Below, in pieces: positions 29,367 through 33,921 of a stretch of 33,921 bases of DNA. The notes under the pieces were generated by a model. That model saw only the letters and a program-made list of their open reading frames with translations, was not told where the DNA came from and made no database searches. Within the stretch, counting starts at the first letter, position 1, and the number at the start of each line of letters is the position of its first letter. Both the position numbers and the translations under genes were made by a program. Origin of the DNA: a bacterium. Its GTDB lineage: Bacteria > CALINM01. The stretch lies in assembly GCA_041640455.1 (NCBI GenBank), contig JBEQAF010000004.1, forward strand, positions 1-33,921, written 5' to 3'.

Positions 29367-30347
29367 ATGAAATATTTAGTTACAGGCGCCACAGGGTTTA
29401 TAGGTAGCAGCATTGTTGATAGACTTGTTAAGGATGGAAAAAATGTGGTCTGCCTAATTAGAAAGGAGGCAGATCTTCGCTGGTTAAGGGAGTATTCGGA
29501 CAGGGTTTCAATAAGATATGGCGATTTTCTTTTCCCACAGACACTAAAGGATACCTTTGAAGATATTGATACTGTTATTCACACGGCAGGCGTACTTAAT
29601 ACCTATGACTGGCACAATTATTATCTTATAAATTTTCTTGGAACAAAAAATATAATAAGAGCCTGTTCGGAGAGTGGAAGGGTTAGGAAGTTTATTTATC
29701 TCTCCAATCTAAACGCAGCTGGACCATCCTTATCCAAAGATTTTAAGACCGAAAATGACCTTTCCAAGCCTGTCTCTCATTTCGGAAGAAGCAAACTTTT
29801 GGGAGAAGAAGAGTTATTAAAGTTTAAGGATCAGATGAACGTAATAATACTGAGACCCACTCTTGTTTATGGACCCAGAGATCTTAATCTTCTGGCGCTT
29901 TTTAAAATGGCATCCTATGGGTTTTTTGTCGTTTTTGGTGATGACGAAAAGATTATAAATCTATGTTACATAGCTGATATGGTAGATGGAGTTTCGGCGG
30001 TTCTGGAAAGAGAGATTCCAAGCGGAGAGATAATTAATATTGGCGGTGAAAATTATCCGCTTTATGAGATAAAGGACGGGCTTTCAAAGGTGATTCAGAA
30101 AAAACTCAGGACAGTCAGACTTGGTAAATGGATATTGCTGCCCATATCATATACCGCAGAGATAACTGGAAGGGTTATGAAAAAACCACTGGTTTTAAGT
30201 CTTGATAAAGTAATAGACCTTTCGCAGAACAACTGGGGAGTAAGGATAGATAAAGCAAAACAAATGCTCTCCTATTCTCCTAAAGTGCCCTTGCTGGAAG
30301 GACTTGAGAAAACTTATGACTGGTATAAAAAGAATGGTTATCTCTAA
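29367..30347 (+). CDS. NAD-dependent epimerase/dehydratase (extended SDR) family protein with atypical catalytic motif
   Basis: MKYLVTGATGFIG, IHTAG, LRPTLVYGPRD, EGLEKTYDWY. Start moved to 29367 because the upstream extension begins inside the IS remnant. Confidence 0.85.
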   Translation: MKYLVTGATGFIGSSIVDRLVKDGKNVVCLIRKEADLRWLREYSDRVSIRYGDFLFPQTLKDTFEDIDTVIHTAGVLNTYDWHNYYLINFLGTKNIIRACSESGRVRKFIYLSNLNAAGPSLSKDFKTENDLSKPVSHFGRSKLLGEEELLKFKDQMNVIILRPTLVYGPRDLNLLALFKMASYGFFVVFGDDEKIINLCYIADMVDGVSAVLEREIPSGEIINIGGENYPLYEIKDGLSKVIQKKLRTVRLGKWILLPISYTAEITGRVMKKPLVLSLDKVIDLSQNNWGVRIDKAKQMLSYSPKVPLLEGLEKTYDWYKKNGYL

Positions 30348-30388
30348 TAGATCTTAAGGATCTATTCAAAATAAACAAATCTTTTAAA

Positions 30389-30418
30389 TTGTATAAAAGA
30401 TGAGCTTTAATTTATAAT
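30389..30418 (+). promoter_or_regulatory. Putative sigma70 promoter of phoU-pst operon
   Basis: TTGTAT-18-TATAAT followed by GGAGG before the phoU ATG. Confidence 0.4.
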
Positions 30419-30445
30419 GCTACTATTTATGGAGGTTTATCAGAA

Positions 30446-31120
30446 ATGGATGGACACATTTATAAATCCTTTGACAAAGAGCTGAGAGAGCTGAAGGACA
30501 AACTACTGTTTGAAGGCGGGTTGGTCGAAAAGGCTATTGGAAATGCTATAAAATCGCTTTTAGAAAGAGATTCCAATCTTGCCGAAACAGTAATAGAAGA
30601 CGACGATATTATAAATTCAAAAGAGGTAGAGATAGATGAGATATGTCTGAAGCTTCTTGCCCTAAGACAACCTGCTGCCAGAGATCTTAGATTTATTACA
30701 ACAGCTATAAAAATTAACTATGATCTCGAAAGAATAGGAGATATGGCTGTAAATATGTGTGAGAGGGTGCTTGAGCTTAATCAGGAGCCTCAATTAAAAC
30801 CTTATATAGACCTTCCGAAAATGGCACTAACAGTACAGTCCATGGTAAAAGAAAGTCTTGATGCCTTTGTAAAAGAAGATGTGGAGCTTGCGTGGAAGGT
30901 TACAAAGGATGATGAGATAGTTGATGTACTGCACGATCAGATATTCAGGGAGCTTTTAACCTATATGATGCAGGATGCAAAGACAATCAGCAGAGCCACA
31001 CGGCTACTTTTTATATCCAAATATCTTGAAAGAATGGCAGACCATGCCGTAAATATTGCTGAGCTGGTAATATTTATGGTAGAAGGAAAGATTGTGAGAC
31101 ATCTGAAAAGCTCTAAATAG
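30446..31120 (+). CDS. phoU: Phosphate signalling protein PhoU
   Basis: LALRQPAARDLR, DLERIGD, LERMADHAVNIAE. Confidence 0.96.
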   Translation: MDGHIYKSFDKELRELKDKLLFEGGLVEKAIGNAIKSLLERDSNLAETVIEDDDIINSKEVEIDEICLKLLALRQPAARDLRFITTAIKINYDLERIGDMAVNMCERVLELNQEPQLKPYIDLPKMALTVQSMVKESLDAFVKEDVELAWKVTKDDEIVDVLHDQIFRELLTYMMQDAKTISRATRLLFISKYLERMADHAVNIAELVIFMVEGKIVRHLKSSK

Positions 31121-31129
31121 GAGATAGGG

Positions 31130-31933
31130 TTGAAAAATATCTTATTTCTTCTGATACTCTCTACGATCTTTTCCTGCTTTCAGACTAAAAAAGTAGATCA
31201 TAAAAAGCATGCCATTATGATTGCAGGATCAACCTCAGTGATGCCCTTTACAGAAAAGCTGGCTGAGTATTTTATGGTGGGACATCCCACCTATATAGTC
31301 AATGTTCAGGGAGGCGGATCAACTGCAGGGATTCAGGCAACCTTTTATAAAACTGTTGACATAGGCATGTCATCAAGAGAGCTACACGATGAGGAGCTTA
31401 ATCTCAAACAGACTGTTATCTGCTATGATGGGATAGCCGTTATTGTTCATCCACAGAATCCCGTAAATAATCTCTCTCTCGAACAGGTAAGAGATATTTT
31501 TTCGGGGAAGATTAGGAACTGGAAGGAGCTGAGCTGGATTGACAGAGATATAGATGCAGTTACAAGAGAGGAGGGCTCGGGAACCAGAGGTGCCTTCGAA
31601 GAGCTTGTAATGAAAAAGAAAGCCGAGATATCCGATGCAATAATGGTTCAGGATTCAAACGGTTCTGTCAAAGAGATGGTGGTTACAGACCCCTATGCCA
31701 TCGGCTATATATCTCTCGGAATGGTAGACAGTAAAGTTAAAGCGCTTTCTGTTGATGGAGTAATGCCAACCATCCAGAATATAAAAAACAAATCCTATAA
31801 GATAGTTAGACCTTTCATATATTTGACCAATGGTGAGCCCTCAAATGACGCAAAGAAATTTATAGATTATGTGCTTTCGAAAGAGGGTCAGAATATTCTG
31901 AAAAAAGAAGGGCTGGTGCCGGTCAATGATTGA
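31130..31933 (+). CDS. pstS: Phosphate ABC transporter substrate-binding lipoprotein
   Basis: Lipobox FSC, AGSTSV, GGGSTAG, DIGMSSREL, TREEGSGTRGAF, AIGYIS, RPF; TTG start with GGAG. Confidence 0.93.
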   Translation: MKNILFLLILSTIFSCFQTKKVDHKKHAIMIAGSTSVMPFTEKLAEYFMVGHPTYIVNVQGGGSTAGIQATFYKTVDIGMSSRELHDEELNLKQTVICYDGIAVIVHPQNPVNNLSLEQVRDIFSGKIRNWKELSWIDRDIDAVTREEGSGTRGAFEELVMKKKAEISDAIMVQDSNGSVKEMVVTDPYAIGYISLGMVDSKVKALSVDGVMPTIQNIKNKSYKIVRPFIYLTNGEPSNDAKKFIDYVLSKEGQNILKKEGLVPVND

Positions 31934-32789
31934 TAGAGCCTTAAAGATAGACAAATATATAAGAGTTTTATTGCTATTATTTGCCCTTTCTTCTCTTCTT
32001 TTTCTATTTCTAATCTTTATATTTATTCTTATTGAAGGTTTACCGCTTTTTCTTAAAGTAGGATTGAAAAATATTATTTTTGGTTTTAAATGGGCTCCCA
32101 CAAGGGGACATTTTGGCATATTCCCCATGATAGTATCTTCTTTTCTGGTTACCTTAGGGGCTCTTATAGTAGGAGGTCCACTCGGGCTTGCCTGTGCCAC
32201 CTATCTGGCAGAATATGCAGGGAAGAAAAGGAAATTATTTCTCAAACCTGCTCTTGAACTGCTCGCGGGTATACCATCTGTTGTTTACGGCTTTCTTGGT
32301 GTAATTTATATCGTTCCCATTATAAGAGAAACGCTCGGCGGTTCTGGTTTTTCACTGCTTACCGCATCAATTATACTTGGCATTATGATACTACCCACCA
32401 TAATAAGCATATCTTACGATTCTTTAATGAGTGTGCCGAGGTCATACCGCGAGGGTGCGCTGGCTCTCGGTGCTACAAAATGGCAGACCATCAGAAGAGT
32501 AATTATTCCAGCTGCAAGGTCGGGTATTATTGCTGGATTTATTCTTGGCATGGGCAGGGCTATAGGTGAAACCATGGCGGTAATTATGGTTGCAGGGAAT
32601 GCGTTAAAGATTCCTACCAGTCTTTTAGATCCACTGAGAACACTTACAAGCAATATAGCCCTTGAGCTTGCATATGCATCAGGAGACCACAGAAAAGGGC
32701 TCTTTTCCACAGGAGTGGTTTTGCTAATAATAATTATGATACTTAATTATATTGCAAATTTCGTTGTAAAGAAGAAGGCTATTAAATGA
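31926..32789 (+). CDS. pstC: Phosphate ABC transporter permease
   Basis: ELLAGIPSVVYG, MILPTI, ALGATKWQ, GRAIGETMAV.MVAGN. Confidence 0.94.
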   Translation: MIDRALKIDKYIRVLLLLFALSSLLFLFLIFIFILIEGLPLFLKVGLKNIIFGFKWAPTRGHFGIFPMIVSSFLVTLGALIVGGPLGLACATYLAEYAGKKRKLFLKPALELLAGIPSVVYGFLGVIYIVPIIRETLGGSGFSLLTASIILGIMILPTIISISYDSLMSVPRSYREGALALGATKWQTIRRVIIPAARSGIIAGFILGMGRAIGETMAVIMVAGNALKIPTSLLDPLRTLTSNIALELAYASGDHRKGLFSTGVVLLIIIMILNYIANFVVKKKAIK

Positions 32790-33622
32790 AGATAAATGCA
32801 AAGCTGATAGACAAAATTGTAAAATTTAGTCTCAATTTACAGGCGCTGTTTACCGTATCCATTCTGGTAGTTATTGTGTTTATAATTTTTATTAAAGGGA
32901 TCACACATCTTAACCTTGAGTTTATCTTCACCTATCCAGAAGACATGGGAAGGCATGGGGGCATATTCCCCGCCATAGTGGGCACCGTAATGCTTGTGGT
33001 AATTTCTCTTATCTTTGCAACACCGCTCGGCTTGGGCACAGCAATATTTTTGACTGAATACACAAAGGAAACCAGCTATACAAAGATAATCAGGTTTGGT
33101 GTTGAATCGCTGGCAGGGATCCCATCTATTCTTTACGGTCTGTTCGGTTTTATATTTTCTTTTAATAAGCTCAAGATGGGCTGGTCTTTGCTTGCAGGCT
33201 CATTAACCATGGCAATAATGATATTACCAACCATTATAAGGACAAGCGAAGAAGCCATCAAGGCAGTTCCAAAAAATCTCAGGATGGTCAGTTATTCTCT
33301 TGGTGCTACAAAATGGGAGACCGTTACAAAGGTAGTTCTTCCCTCAGCTGCACCGGGAATACTTACAGGAATAATGCTTTCAGTAGGCAGAGCAGTTGGA
33401 GAGACTGCGGCGGTTATATTTACTATGGGAAGCTCTCTCAGACTCCCCACATCTCTTTCCGATTCTGGAAGGACTATGGCTGTTCATTTTTACATTCTTG
33501 CAAGAGAGGGGATATCCATGGACATGGCTTACTCTACTGCTCTCGTGCTGGTTTTAAGCATTCTTTCTATCAATATTCTGGCATATTATATGATGAACAG
33601 ATTTATTTCAAAATACTCTTAG
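32786..33622 (+). CDS. pstA: Phosphate ABC transporter permease
   Basis: GGIFPAIVGT, LAGIPSILYGLFG, LPTIIRTSEEA, LGATKW, GRAVGETA. Confidence 0.94.
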   Translation: MKINAKLIDKIVKFSLNLQALFTVSILVVIVFIIFIKGITHLNLEFIFTYPEDMGRHGGIFPAIVGTVMLVVISLIFATPLGLGTAIFLTEYTKETSYTKIIRFGVESLAGIPSILYGLFGFIFSFNKLKMGWSLLAGSLTMAIMILPTIIRTSEEAIKAVPKNLRMVSYSLGATKWETVTKVVLPSAAPGILTGIMLSVGRAVGETAAVIFTMGSSLRLPTSLSDSGRTMAVHFYILAREGISMDMAYSTALVLVLSILSINILAYYMMNRFISKYS

Positions 33623-33631
33623 CGGGAAGAT

Positions 33632-33921
33632 ATGGAAATTAAAATTCAGTCAAATAATCTGACAGTAAAAAGCGGTAAGGATCTGATCCTTAATAATATT
33701 AACCTTTCTATCTATAAAAACTCCATAACCGGTCTTATGGGTCCCGCAGGTAGCGGGAAAACCACCTTTATCTCAATTATTAACAGGATGATTGATTTTT
33801 CAGAGGGGATTGAGATCTCAGGAGAGATGAACATAGATGGTTATAATATACTGGAAGATAAAAATGTTGTCTCACTGAGAAGAAGGGTGGGGACTGTTTT
33901 TGCAGTGCCACTTCCGCTTCC
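33632..33921 (+). CDS. pstB: Phosphate ABC transporter ATPase, N-terminal part (truncated by window)
   Basis: Not in ORF track; MEIKIQSNNLTVK..GLMGPAGSGKTTFISIINRM..LRRRVGTVFAVPLPL directly after pstA. Confidence 0.85.
   Translation, partial: MEIKIQSNNLTVKSGKDLILNNINLSIYKNSITGLMGPAGSGKTTFISIINRMIDFSEGIEISGEMNIDGYNILEDKNVVSLRRRVGTVFAVPLPL

Noticed and set aside
30346..30445. Pho box and terminator before phoU
   Set aside because: No CTGTCAT-type 11-bp direct repeats; the AATAGATC/GATCTATT hairpin (30346-30366) is weak and lacks a U tract.

Overview
AT-rich bacterial chromosomal segment, probably from an anaerobic diderm (lgt/lspA, GT9, outer-membrane barrel, hyp genes, split glutamate synthase); lineage cannot be fixed from sequence alone. 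The minus-strand block (about 1-28842) reads in transcription order: OM barrel + Ni/Co ECF transporter, hypCDE, fba, flavodoxin-like protein, hisI-hisG, GT9, PEP synthase/PPDK regulatory protein, a small basic ORF, a sigma54-preceded split (archaeal-type) glutamate synthase cluster with glnB, cardiolipin synthase, B12-radical SAM, queC-ileS-lspA-lgt, an amber-interrupted ferritin-like gene, ribF, DUF2723 GT-C protein, aroE, a REC-GGDEF cyclase and a truncated receiver protein. The plus-strand block holds an atypical SDR and phoU-pstSCAB (pstB truncated). The most interesting signals are non-coding or missed by the ORF track: (i) a ~60-nt terminator-like leader RNA plus a palindromic operator before the Ni/Co uptake operon (candidate undescribed metal-responsive attenuator); (ii) a sigma54 promoter whose predicted start site lies inside an RBS-sequestering hairpin; (iii) a 297-bp IS630-like miniature element with TA duplication; (iv) an in-frame TAG in a ferritin-like gene; (v) two unannotated small ORFs; (vi) paired TGTAA-N7-YTACA boxes at fba. 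No rRNA, tRNA or CRISPR array was seen.
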